DNA of 64,000 nt from Anaeromyxobacteraceae bacterium. GTDB lineage: Bacteria > Myxococcota > Myxococcia > Myxococcales > Anaeromyxobacteraceae. The stretch covers positions 64,001 through 128,000 of the forward strand of contig JAULAX010000007.1 of the NCBI GenBank assembly GCA_032654565.1, read 5' to 3'. Made by a program: the position numbers and the translations under genes. Below are positions 1 through 11,889 of this stretch, piece after piece. The notes beneath the pieces are model-generated. The model made no database searches. It was not told the DNA's origin and worked only from the letters and a program-made list of their open reading frames with translations. Within the stretch, counting starts at the first letter, position 1. Each line of letters begins with the position of its first letter.

Positions 1-1531
<1,531 letters not shown>

Positions 1532-1668
1532 GGATCTATGCCACCGCGCATGAAAATGGCAACCCGGCATAGTGACGGCGACCGACGGCTCTCCGCACCA
1601 TCCTTGAAAAGGGACGACATCACCTGACCTTGAGCCCCAGCTGGCCGCAGGCGGCGGGAGCTGCCAGG

Positions 1669-1684
1669 TGGCACACTCGGTGCT
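1669..1684 (+). promoter_or_regulatory. Sigma54 (-24/-12) promoter
   Basis: TGGCACACTCGGTGCT has GG(1670-71)-N10-GC(1682-83); it lies upstream of the aminotransferase operon and next to a divergent sigma54 activator. Confidence 0.8.
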
Positions 1685-1751
1685 TTGCGGGAGGGGTCGC
1701 CGCGGGCAGCCGCAGGGACGAGGTCCCGCCCGAACTCCGCGAGGGAGCACC

Positions 1752-3107
1752 ATGAGGAGCATCGACCGAAACCGCCTGTCGGCCGCTCTCACGGCGGAGC
1801 TGGCCCGCTTCACCGCCGAGCACCCGCGCTCGCGGCAGCTCTTCGAGCAGGCCAAGGCGCACCTCCACGACGGTGTCCCCATGAGCTGGATGACCCGCTG
1901 GGCCGGCGCCTTCCCGCTCTTCGTGGAGCGGGCCAAGGGGGCGCGCTTCACCGACGTCGACGGCCGGACCTACGTCGACTTCTGCCTCGGCGACACCGGG
2001 GCCATGACCGGCCACGCCCCCGACGCCGCGCTGGCCGCCATCAAGGCCCAGCTCGACCGCGGCATCACCTTCATGCTCCCCACCGAGGAGTCGCTGGCGG
2101 TCTCCGGCGAGCTGTCGCGCCGCTTCTCGCTGCCGTCCTGGCAGCTGGCCATGACCGCCACCGACGCCAACCGCTTCGCCATCCGCATCGCCCGCCAGAT
2201 CACCGGGCGCCCCAAGGTGCTGGTCTTCAACTGGTGCTACCACGGCACCGTCGACGAGACCTTCGCCACCCTCGGCCCCGACGGCCGGGTCGGCCCGCGT
2301 CCCGGCAACGTCGGACCCCCGGTGAACCCGGCGGTCACCACCCGGGTGGTGGAGTTCAACGACCTGGCAGCGCTGGAGCGCGAGCTGGCCACCGGCGACG
2401 TGGCCTGCGTGCTGGCCGAGCCGGCCATGACCAACATCGGCATCGTCCTGCCCGAGCCCGGCTTCCACGCCGCGCTGCGGTCGCTGACCCGCAAGCACGG
2501 CACGCTGCTGGTCATCGACGAGACCCACACCCTCTCGGCCGGCCCCGGCGGCTGCACCCGCGCCTGGGGGCTCGAGCCGGACGTCGTCACCCTCGGCAAG
2601 TCGATCGCCTCGGGGATCCCGGCGGCGGTCTACGGCTTCACCGCCGAGGTGGCGGCGCGCTGGCGGGCGGCCACCGACAGGGACCTTTGCGACACCGGCG
2701 GCATCGGCGGGACCCTGGCTGGCAACGCCCTGGCGGTCGCGGCCATGCGGGCCACCCTCTCCGAGGTGCTCACCGAGGCGGCCTACGCCCGGATGATCCC
2801 GCTGGCCGAGCGCTTCGCCGCCGGCGTCGAGGGGATCATCGCCGAGCTGGAGCTGCCCTGGATCGTCAAGCGGCTCGGGGCCCGCGCCGAGTACTGGTTC
2901 CGGTCCACGCCGCCCCGCAACGGCGGCGAGGCGGCGGCGGCGGTGGACGGCGAGCTCGACCGCTACATGCACCTGGCGGCGCTCAACCGCGGGGTGCTGA
3001 TGACCCCCTTCCACAACATGGCGCTGGTCTGCCCGGCCACCACCGCGGCCGACGTCGACTTGCATACCGCCGTCTTTCGCGAGAGCTTGGCGGCGGTGCT
3101 GCCGTGA
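1752..3107 (+). CDS. Class III PLP aminotransferase (GSA-aminomutase-like)
   Basis: Motifs DVDGRTYVDF, YHG, LVIDETHT and TLGKSIASG (PLP Lys); GGGAG RBS before ATG 1752. Confidence 0.85.
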   Translation: MRSIDRNRLSAALTAELARFTAEHPRSRQLFEQAKAHLHDGVPMSWMTRWAGAFPLFVERAKGARFTDVDGRTYVDFCLGDTGAMTGHAPDAALAAIKAQLDRGITFMLPTEESLAVSGELSRRFSLPSWQLAMTATDANRFAIRIARQITGRPKVLVFNWCYHGTVDETFATLGPDGRVGPRPGNVGPPVNPAVTTRVVEFNDLAALERELATGDVACVLAEPAMTNIGIVLPEPGFHAALRSLTRKHGTLLVIDETHTLSAGPGGCTRAWGLEPDVVTLGKSIASGIPAAVYGFTAEVAARWRAATDRDLCDTGGIGGTLAGNALAVAAMRATLSEVLTEAAYARMIPLAERFAAGVEGIIAELELPWIVKRLGARAEYWFRSTPPRNGGEAAAAVDGELDRYMHLAALNRGVLMTPFHNMALVCPATTAADVDLHTAVFRESLAAVLP

Positions 3108-3228
3108 CCCCGAACCTCCGCGCCCAGCCTCCCCCGGCCGCTTCCTAGGCCGCCGACGCCCGCCGCCTGAAGCGGCGCCGCGTCCCTTCCGCTTTCCAAC
3201 CGTTCGCTACCGCAGCACAGGAGTCGCC

Positions 3229-4575
<1,347 letters not shown>

Positions 4576-4665
4576 GGTCGGGCCGGCTGGGTCTCCCCTC
4601 CCAAGGGGGCTCGACCCGGCCGGCGGGGAGTGCTGGGCTGCGGGCGTGAGGGGAGGTGGCTCGAG

Positions 4666-5391
4666 GTGAGCGTTCCTTTCGACCGCGCCACGGTCACCGC
4701 GCTGCTGATGGCGGCCGGCCTCGAGGCCGCGGCGCCGGCGGCGGGGACCGAGGAGGCCACCGCCCAGCTGCGGCGGCGCATGGTGGCGACGCAGCTCGAG
4801 GCCCGCGGCGTCCGCGACCCCAGGGTGCTGGAGGCCATGCGGCGGGTGGAGCGCCACCGCTTCGTGCCGGCGCCGGTCCGCGACCACGCCTACGAGGACC
4901 GGCCGCTGGCCATCGGCCACGGCCAGACCATCAGCCAGCCCTACGTGGTGGCGGCCATGACCGAGGCGGCGCGGCTGCACCCCGGCGCCCGGGTGCTGGA
5001 GATCGGCACCGGTTCCGGCTACCAGGCGGCGGTGCTCTCGCTGCTGGTGGCCGAGGTCTCGAGCGTCGAGGTGGTGGAGCCGCTGGCGGCGGAGGCGAGG
5101 GCGCGGCTGGAGGCGCTCGGCTACCGCAACGTCACGGTGCGCGCCGGCGACGGGTACGGCGGCTGGCCGGAGCGGGCCCCGTTCGACGCCATCCTGGTGA
5201 CCGCGGCGCCGCCCCAGCTGCCGCAGCCGCTGCTCGACCAGCTGGCGGTGGGCGGCCGGCTGGTGGCGCCGGTCGGCGAGGCGGAGCAGGAGCTGGTGGT
5301 GGTGACGCGCACCGCGGACGGCTGGAGCCGCCGGACCCTCTTCCCGGTCCGCTTCGTCCCCATGACCGGCGAGGCCCAGCGGCGCCGGTGA
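4666..5391 (+). CDS. pcm: Protein-L-isoaspartate O-methyltransferase
   Basis: [43 protein letters not shown]; start uncertain (GTG 4666 after GGAGG). Confidence 0.9.
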   Translation: MSVPFDRATVTALLMAAGLEAAAPAAGTEEATAQLRRRMVATQLEARGVRDPRVLEAMRRVERHRFVPAPVRDHAYEDRPLAIGHGQTISQPYVVAAMTEAARLHPGARVLEIGTGSGYQAAVLSLLVAEVSSVEVVEPLAAEARARLEALGYRNVTVRAGDGYGGWPERAPFDAILVTAAPPQLPQPLLDQLAVGGRLVAPVGEAEQELVVVTRTADGWSRRTLFPVRFVPMTGEAQRRR

Positions 5392-5569
5392 TCCGCCCCC
5401 ACCCGGGGCCGGGACCGTGCCGCCACGTCACGGTGTCGGCGGCCGGCGCCGAGGGCGCCGCCAGTGGTGGCGGGGAGTTAGGTGGGGCTGGGGCTGGTCC
5501 GGGCCGTGCAGTACCATGGGAGCCCGGCCCGACGAGGACCGCCGGGCGTCACACCCTCCGGAGGCCACC

Positions 5570-6016
5570 ATGTCCGCCACTCGCATCGCCGCACTCTTCC
5601 TGGTCCCGGTCCTGCTCGGGACCGGCTGCGTCGGCGTCCGGACCACCACCCGCACCTGGACCGAGCAGTCGGCCGACGGCCCGCAGGAGCAGGTCTGGTA
5701 CGGCCGGGTGGTGCAGGTCCGCGAGACCGTCGAGGAGTACCGCGGCGACCCGGCCGGCGGCGCGGTGGCCGGGGCGGTGGTGGGGGGCATGGTCGGCCAC
5801 GCCCTCTCCGGCGGCCACGGCGGCGGGCTCTTCGGCGCCATGGCCGGCGCCATGATCGGCGCCGACGCCAGCCGCGGCCGCGGCGCTCGCATCTTCTACG
5901 AGGTCACGGTGCGCTACGACGACGGCAGCCTCCGCACCTACCCGTACGAAGGGCAGGCGCCGTTCCGCGTCGGCGAAGAGGTGGTGCTCTCGTCCCACGG
6001 CCTGCAGCTGCGCTGA
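5570..6016 (+). CDS. Glycine-zipper 2TM lipoprotein
   Basis: Lipobox-like LLGTGC and GxxxG repeats GAVAGAVVGGMVG; GGAGG RBS. Confidence 0.75.
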   Translation: MSATRIAALFLVPVLLGTGCVGVRTTTRTWTEQSADGPQEQVWYGRVVQVRETVEEYRGDPAGGAVAGAVVGGMVGHALSGGHGGGLFGAMAGAMIGADASRGRGARIFYEVTVRYDDGSLRTYPYEGQAPFRVGEEVVLSSHGLQLR

Positions 6017-6058
6017 CCCCGGGGCGGCGCGTGGCGCCTGACGCGCTATATCCACGCC

Positions 6059-6727
6059 ATGCCCTACACGCTCCACGTCGGCGAGAAGCGCTACTCCTCC
6101 TGGTCGGCCCGCCCCTGGATCCTGCTCCATGGGCTCGGCATCCCCTTCACCGAGCGGCTGGTCTCGCTCCAGCCCGACCAGGCCAAGGCGGCGCGCTTCT
6201 CCCGCCTGCCGGGCGGCCGCGTGCCGGTCCTGGAGGACGGGCCGGTGCAGGTCTGGGACTCGCTGGCCATCGTCGAGTACCTGGCCGAGCGCCACCCCGG
6301 CGTCTGGCCGGCCGACCCGGTGGCGCGGGCCTTCGCCCGCTCCTGCTGCGCCGAGATGCACGGCGGCTTCCAGGCGCTGCGCAGCCAGCTCTCCATGGAC
6401 GTCGCCTCCCGCCGGCCGCAGCGCCGCCGCAGCGCCGCGGTGGAGGCCGACATCGCCCGGATCGAGGCGCTCTGGGGCGAGGCCCGCCAGCGCTTCGGCC
6501 GCGGCGGCCCCTTCCTCTTCGGGGCCTTCGGCGCCGCCGACGCCTACTTCGCGCCGGTGGCCTACCGGTTCCAGACCTACGGCGTGGCGCCGAGGGGCGA
6601 GGCCGGCGAGCTGGCGCGGACGCTGCTGGCCCACCCGTCGGTGCGCGCCTGGGGCGAGGCCGGGGCCGGTGAGCCGGTGCTGGCCGACCACGACCTCGAC
6701 GCCATGTATCCCGACGATCCGGTCTGA
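6059..6727 (+). CDS. Glutathione S-transferase family protein
   Basis: YSSWSARPW, GRVPVL, WDSLAIVEYLAE, AEMHGGF, ADAYFAPV. Confidence 0.9.
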   Translation: MPYTLHVGEKRYSSWSARPWILLHGLGIPFTERLVSLQPDQAKAARFSRLPGGRVPVLEDGPVQVWDSLAIVEYLAERHPGVWPADPVARAFARSCCAEMHGGFQALRSQLSMDVASRRPQRRRSAAVEADIARIEALWGEARQRFGRGGPFLFGAFGAADAYFAPVAYRFQTYGVAPRGEAGELARTLLAHPSVRAWGEAGAGEPVLADHDLDAMYPDDPV

Positions 6728-6757
6728 GCGCGCCGCCGTGCGCGTCGACGCTGAACG

Positions 6758-6848
6758 GCGACCAGCGACCCGCGACCCGCCACCTGCGACCTGCGACCCG
6801 CGACCCGCCACCCGCCACCTGCGACCCGCCACCTGCGACCTGCGACCG
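6758..6848. repeat. Intergenic 7-bp tandem repeat, 13 units of GC(G/C)ACC(C/T)
   Basis: Directly counted units: gcgacca gcgaccc gcgaccc gccacct gcgacct gcgaccc gcgaccc gccaccc gccacct gcgaccc gccacct gcgacct gcgaccg. Confidence 0.9.
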
Positions 6849-6882
6849 ACGGGCCGCGCCCGCGGTGATAGTCTGCGCCCCC

Positions 6883-8196
6883 ATGTCCGCCCCCGCGTCC
6901 CCCCCGTCCGCCGCCGCCCAGGTCCGCCCACCGCCCCCCGCCGGCTACCGCTGGCTGGTGCTGGGCGCCTGCAGCCTGGCCATGTTCGGCTGCTACTACA
7001 CCTTCGACGCGCTCTACCCGGTGGCGCCGCTGCTGGAGAAGACCTTCGGCGTCACCGGCGAGCAGCTCGGCCTGCTCGACACCAGCTACAACGTGGCGGC
7101 GCTGCTGACGCTGATCGCCGGCGGCGTGCTCATCGACCGGATCGGCATGGCCACCTCGGCCGTCCTCTTCGCCGCCGTCGGGGCCCTCGGCACGCTGCTC
7201 ATCGCCGTGCTGCCGGCCCTCTTCCCGGCCACCCCGTGGGCCGGGATGATGGTGGGGCGCTTCCTGCTCGGCATCGGCTCCGAGCTCTTCATCGTGGCCT
7301 CGACCACGGTGGTGGGGCGGTGGTTCAAGGGGAAGGAGATCTCCTTCGCCATGGCCATCCAGCTGCTGGTGGCGCGGGGCGGCTCCTGGCTGGCCGACCA
7401 GTCGCCCGACCTCTTCAAGCCGCTCTTCGCCGGCTGGCAGCCGCCGCTGCTGCTGGCCGCGGCCCTGGGCGGGGCCTGGCTGGTCTTCGCGATCGCCTAC
7501 GCCGGCCTGGAGCGGACCGCCGCCCGGCGCTTCGCGGTGGCCAGCGCCGGCGCCACCGACAAGCTGGTGCTCAAGGACCTGGTCCGCTTCGACCTCGGCT
7601 ACTGGTGGGTGGTGGGGCTGTGCGTGGCCTTCTACGCCTCCATCTTCCCCTTCCGCACCTTCGCCAACCTCTTCCTCGTCGACGCCCACGCGGTCTCGCC
7701 GGAGCGGGCCGGCGAGCTGAAGTCGCTGCTGCCGCTCTTCTCCATGATCGGCATGCCCATCTTCGGCTTCATCGTCGACAGGGTCGGCAAGCGGGCCCTC
7801 TTCATGCTGATCGGCTCGGCGCTGCTGGTGCCGCCGTTCCTGCTCCTGGCCTACACCCGGCTGCCGCCGGAGCTCTCCATGGGGATGCTGGGGCTGGCCT
7901 TCGCGCTGGTGCCGGCGGTGCTCTGGCCGGCGGTCACCTACCTGGTGCCGGGGGAGCGGCTGGGGAGCGCCTACGCGCTGATGACCTTCTGCCAGCAGCT
8001 GGCCTGGGCCGGGATGGCCTGGGGCATGGGGGCGGTGAAGGACGCCGCCGGGGCCAGCGCCGCCAACCCGGGCGGCTGGCTGCCGGTGATGTGGATGCTG
8101 GCCGCGCTCTCGACGCTCGGCTTCGTCTTCTCCTTCCTGCTCTGGAGGAGCGAGCGCGGGCCGAAGGGGCACGGGCTCGAGGCGGTCAGGACCTAG
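6883..8196 (+). CDS. MFS transporter
   Basis: About 12 hydrophobic segments; GVLIDRIG and GFIVDRVGKR MFS motif A; RWFKGKEISFA. Confidence 0.85.
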   Translation: MSAPASPPSAAAQVRPPPPAGYRWLVLGACSLAMFGCYYTFDALYPVAPLLEKTFGVTGEQLGLLDTSYNVAALLTLIAGGVLIDRIGMATSAVLFAAVGALGTLLIAVLPALFPATPWAGMMVGRFLLGIGSELFIVASTTVVGRWFKGKEISFAMAIQLLVARGGSWLADQSPDLFKPLFAGWQPPLLLAAALGGAWLVFAIAYAGLERTAARRFAVASAGATDKLVLKDLVRFDLGYWWVVGLCVAFYASIFPFRTFANLFLVDAHAVSPERAGELKSLLPLFSMIGMPIFGFIVDRVGKRALFMLIGSALLVPPFLLLAYTRLPPELSMGMLGLAFALVPAVLWPAVTYLVPGERLGSAYALMTFCQQLAWAGMAWGMGAVKDAAGASAANPGGWLPVMWMLAALSTLGFVFSFLLWRSERGPKGHGLEAVRT

Positions 8197-8413
8197 CGCC
8201 CCTGCCGGGGGACCCTCCGCGGGGCCCGGCCAGCCCCGATCCCGTCCCAGAGTAGTTTGCACTTTCAGTGAACGACCCGTCCGGGGTCCGCCGACAGCGT
8301 CGCCACCTGTCAAGAATTTGCCTTCCCCGATCCGAGCAGTTACTCTCCGATATCGCAGCAAGATCCCGTGATCAGGGCGGGATCTGTTCGGGTGGCGAGG
8401 GGTGGTTCGGGGA

Positions 8414-9895
8414 ATGGACGGGCGGCGGCCATCGGACGACAGGGCGAGCGATCCGGGCGAGCTCCTCAGGAGCGTGCTCGAGAAGATCGTCTTCTTCGAG
8501 TGCAAGGTGGCCCAGCTCGAGTCCGAACTGGCCGCGGCTCGCCAGATCGCCGAGCGGGCCCGCGCCGACGCCGCCAGCTCGCGCGCCCGCGAGACCGAGC
8601 TGACGCAGGAGCTGGCCACCGCCCGGGGCGAGCGCGGCGCCTTCGCGCTGCGCGAGACCGACCTCACCGAGCGAATCACCTTGCTGGAGCTGGAGCGCGA
8701 GCGGCTCATGGGCGGGCTGGTGGAGCGGGCCCGGCTGGGCGGCGCGCCGGCGGTGCTGGGCGAGGCCCCCGCCGACGCCGACGAGTCCGACCTGGCCGGC
8801 TTCATCGCCGAGCTGCGCGCCGAGATCGAGTCGCTGCGGGCCTGGAAGGCGGCGGCCGAGGCGGGCGGCGTGGCCCCCGGCGCGGCGGGCCGGCCGGCCT
8901 CCTCCACCAACGGACCGCGCCCCGCCTCCGGACCGGCGGCGCTGGCCGAGCTGGCCGGCGACTTCCAGGCGGCGGGGCGCACCGGCCTCTCCCGCGCCGA
9001 GGCCACCTCGCTGGCCGGCCTGCTGCCCACCCGGGCCGACCGGGTCCTCTACGAGCGGGCCATGGCCGAGCTCTCGGCCAGCGAGCCGCCGGCGCGCAAG
9101 CGGGCCATCCGGCAGCTGGCGGCGCTGGGGGCGCGGGCCTCGGCGCCGCTGCTGGCCTCGGCGCTGGGGCGCGAGCCCGACGCCGGCGTCAAGGTGGCGC
9201 TGCTGGAGGCGCTGGGGAGCTTCCAGGAGCCGTTCGCCGCCGACCTGGCGGTGGGCGAGCTGGGCGACCCGCGCCCCGAGGTGCGGGCCGCGGCGCTGGA
9301 GATGCTGGCGGCGGTGGCCGAGGTGGCGGCGCTGCCGCACCTGGCCCGCCTGCTGGCCGACCCGAGCCCGCTGGTCCGGCGGCGCGCCGCGGTGCTGCTT
9401 GGGTTCACCCGCGGTGAGGTGGCCGAGGCGGCGCTGGCCGCGGCGCTGCGCGACGCCGATCCCGGGGTGGCGCGGGCCGCCGCCGCCGCGCTGGCCGGGC
9501 GGAGCGGCGAGCCGACCCGGCGGGCGCTGGAGAAGTACCAGCACGCGGTGGCGCGGCCGTCCTCGTCGCTCCCGGCCCGGTCGCTCCTGGCCCAGGCCGC
9601 CGCGCCGCGACCTGGCGCCGCCGTGGCGGTGCGGGAGGCTCCGGCGCCGGCCGCCGCGGCAAACCCTCCGCGCACCCGCGTCGCCGTGCTGGAGGCGCCC
9701 GCCCCGGCGGCGCCCCCACCCGGCGCCCTCGAGGCGGCGCTGCTGCTGGAGCTGCGCGGCGCCCTGCGCGGGCAGTCGGCCGACGAGCTGGCCCGGGTCT
9801 GCGGCGCGCCCCCGGCGCGCGTCGACGCAGCGCTCGAGCTGCTGGCCGGGCGCGGCGCGGTGGTGCGGCGCGGCCCGCGCTGGTGCATGGCCTGA
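8414..9895 (+). CDS. pomY: PomY-like coiled-coil + HEAT-repeat protein
   Basis: N-terminal coiled coil, HEAT repeats (LGDPRPEVRAAA, LLADPSPLVRRRA, LRDADPGVARAA), Pro/Ala-rich tail; directly upstream of a ParA and a PomX-like gene. Confidence 0.7.
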   Translation: MDGRRPSDDRASDPGELLRSVLEKIVFFECKVAQLESELAAARQIAERARADAASSRARETELTQELATARGERGAFALRETDLTERITLLELERERLMGGLVERARLGGAPAVLGEAPADADESDLAGFIAELRAEIESLRAWKAAAEAGGVAPGAAGRPASSTNGPRPASGPAALAELAGDFQAAGRTGLSRAEATSLAGLLPTRADRVLYERAMAELSASEPPARKRAIRQLAALGARASAPLLASALGREPDAGVKVALLEALGSFQEPFAADLAVGELGDPRPEVRAAALEMLAAVAEVAALPHLARLLADPSPLVRRRAAVLLGFTRGEVAEAALAAALRDADPGVARAAAAALAGRSGEPTRRALEKYQHAVARPSSSLPARSLLAQAAAPRPGAAVAVREAPAPAAAANPPRTRVAVLEAPAPAAPPPGALEAALLLELRGALRGQSADELARVCGAPPARVDAALELLAGRGAVVRRGPRWCMA

Positions 9896-9903
9896 GGGGA
9901 ACG

Positions 9904-10860
9904 ATGGAGAACGTCCGCTACAGCGTGAAGCGCCTCGCCGAGATCGTCGGCGCCACCGCCCGCCAGGTCGACGGGGCGCTGGGCAAGCGCGACGCCTACG
10001 GCCCGGAGGTGATCGCCGAGCTGCGCGGGAAGCTGAAGAAGCCGGTCCCCACCATGGCCGCCGCCCGCATCCAGCTCTTCCTCAACTTCAAGGGCGGCAC
10101 CGGCAAGACCAGCCTCTCCACCTCCTACGCCTACCGGCTGGCCGAGCGCGGCTACCGGGTGCTGGTGGTGGACCTCGACTCGCAAGGGCACGCCACCAAG
10201 TGCCTCGGCCACGACGGCGGCGAGGCCAAGGCCACCCTCTTCGACGTGCTGGTCCGCAAGACCCCCATCTCCGAGGTGACCGTCTCCACCCGGATGCCCA
10301 ACCTCGATCTGGTCCCCGCCAACCTGGCCATGTCGACCATCGACCTCTCGCTCATGCCCATGGCGGGGCGCGAGTTCCGCCTGGCCAAGGCGCTGGAGGA
10401 GGCGCTCCCCCGCTACGACTTCGTGGTGCTGGACGCGCCGCCGTCCTTCGGGCTGCTCAACCTCAACGCCCTGATGGCGGCCAGCGACCTGATCATCCCG
10501 GTGCTGGCCGACTTCCTCTCCTACGACGGCCTGCGGCTGCTCTTCGAGACCGTGCAGGGGCTGGAGAACGACCTCTCGCACCAGCTCGAGCACATCTTCA
10601 TCGTGGTCAACGCCTTCAACCAGACCTTCCGGATCGCGCGCGAGGCGCTCGACGCCCTCAAGACGCACTACCCGGAGTACCTGCTGAAGAGCGTGGTCCG
10701 GCAGTGCACCAAGTTCGCCCAGGCCTCGAGCGAGGGGTGCCCGGTCTTCGGGTACGACCCCGACTCGAAGGGGGCGAACGACATCGAGGCGCTCCAGCAG
10801 GAGATCCTCGGTCGCATCGGCGCCCTGGGGCCTCCCCGCCCCGGCGCCGCGGGAGCGTGA
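9904..10860 (+). CDS. pomZ: ParA/MinD-family ATPase PomZ (AgmE)
   Basis: Deviant Walker A KGGTGKTS, DLDSQGHAT, LDAPPS; context between pomY and pomX. Confidence 0.85.
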   Translation: MENVRYSVKRLAEIVGATARQVDGALGKRDAYGPEVIAELRGKLKKPVPTMAAARIQLFLNFKGGTGKTSLSTSYAYRLAERGYRVLVVDLDSQGHATKCLGHDGGEAKATLFDVLVRKTPISEVTVSTRMPNLDLVPANLAMSTIDLSLMPMAGREFRLAKALEEALPRYDFVVLDAPPSFGLLNLNALMAASDLIIPVLADFLSYDGLRLLFETVQGLENDLSHQLEHIFIVVNAFNQTFRIAREALDALKTHYPEYLLKSVVRQCTKFAQASSEGCPVFGYDPDSKGANDIEALQQEILGRIGALGPPRPGAAGA

Positions 10861-10865
10861 GACCC

Positions 10866-11816
10866 ATGCGCAAGGCCTTCGACGCCAACGTGCCCAAGCT
10901 GAAGCCCCGCCTCAAGAGCGCCGCGCCGCGGGCGACGCTGCAGCTGGAGGAGCGGGTCGACGACGCCCCGGCCGAGGTGCGCGCCCCGGTGGCGGCCGGC
11001 TCCATGGCGGAGCTGGCCCGCGCCGCCGAGGCCAGGCTGGAGGCGCCATCGCCGGTGCCGACGCCGACCGCTGCAGCCTCCCGGCCGGCGGTGGCGGCCC
11101 CGGCCGCGGCGCGCGCCGCGCCGGCCTTCGATCGCGAGGTCGACGACCTGGAGGCCCGGCGCGAGCGGCTCGACAAGATCAAGCGGCGCGTCGCCGAGGC
11201 GGCCCGCCCCCGGCCGCGGACCGAGCCGGCGCCCGGGGATCCCTCCCGCGCCGCCGAGCAGGTGCTGGGGCTGGCCCGCGACCTCGAGGCCGAGCTGGGC
11301 AACGCCCGCGAGCGCGAGGCGGCGCTGCGGACCGACCTCGAGGCCACCCGGGCCGAGCTGGCGCGCACGGCCGGCGAGGGGCGCGAGGCGCTGGCCCGCG
11401 CCGCCGCGGTCGAGGCCGAGCTGGAGGAGAAGCGGATCGTGCTCGGCGACTTGCTCGCGGAGATGACCGGGCTGGAGGCCGAGCGCGACGAGGCGCTGCG
11501 GCGCGCCCAGGCCATGGCCGGCATCGACGAGGAGCGGGCCCGGCTGCTGGAGGAGGTGTCCCGCCGCGCCGAGCTGGAGGCGGCGGGGCGGAGCGAGCGG
11601 GCCGCCGAGGTGGAGCGGCTCACCGAGGAGCTGCGCGACGCCGGCGCCGACGCGGCGCGGCTGCGCGGGGCCCTGGCCGAGACCGCCCGGGAGCGGGACG
11701 GCCTGGCCGCCGAGCTGGAGTCGTCGCGGCGGGATCGCGACGAGCTGACCGCCGCCAAGCGGGCGCTGGAGCAGGTGCACACCGCGCTCTCGCAGGCCCG
11801 GGCCCGCATCACCTAG
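10866..11816 (+). CDS. pomX: PomX-like coiled-coil protein
   Basis: N-terminus MRKAFDANVPKLKPRL resembles the Myxococcus PomX N-terminal ATPase-activating peptide (K13/R15), followed by a Pro/Ala linker and long coiled coil. Confidence 0.8.
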   Translation: MRKAFDANVPKLKPRLKSAAPRATLQLEERVDDAPAEVRAPVAAGSMAELARAAEARLEAPSPVPTPTAAASRPAVAAPAAARAAPAFDREVDDLEARRERLDKIKRRVAEAARPRPRTEPAPGDPSRAAEQVLGLARDLEAELGNAREREAALRTDLEATRAELARTAGEGREALARAAAVEAELEEKRIVLGDLLAEMTGLEAERDEALRRAQAMAGIDEERARLLEEVSRRAELEAAGRSERAAEVERLTEELRDAGADAARLRGALAETARERDGLAAELESSRRDRDELTAAKRALEQVHTALSQARARIT

Positions 11817-11889
11817 GTGAACGCCGCGGCGCCCGGCCGCTGCGGCAACAGGACGCAAGCCGCGGACCGCCCGTCGGCGTCCGTTCCGG

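Noticed and set aside
6758..6848. Possible CRISPR array
   Set aside because: Contiguous 7-mers without spacers, and no cas genes.
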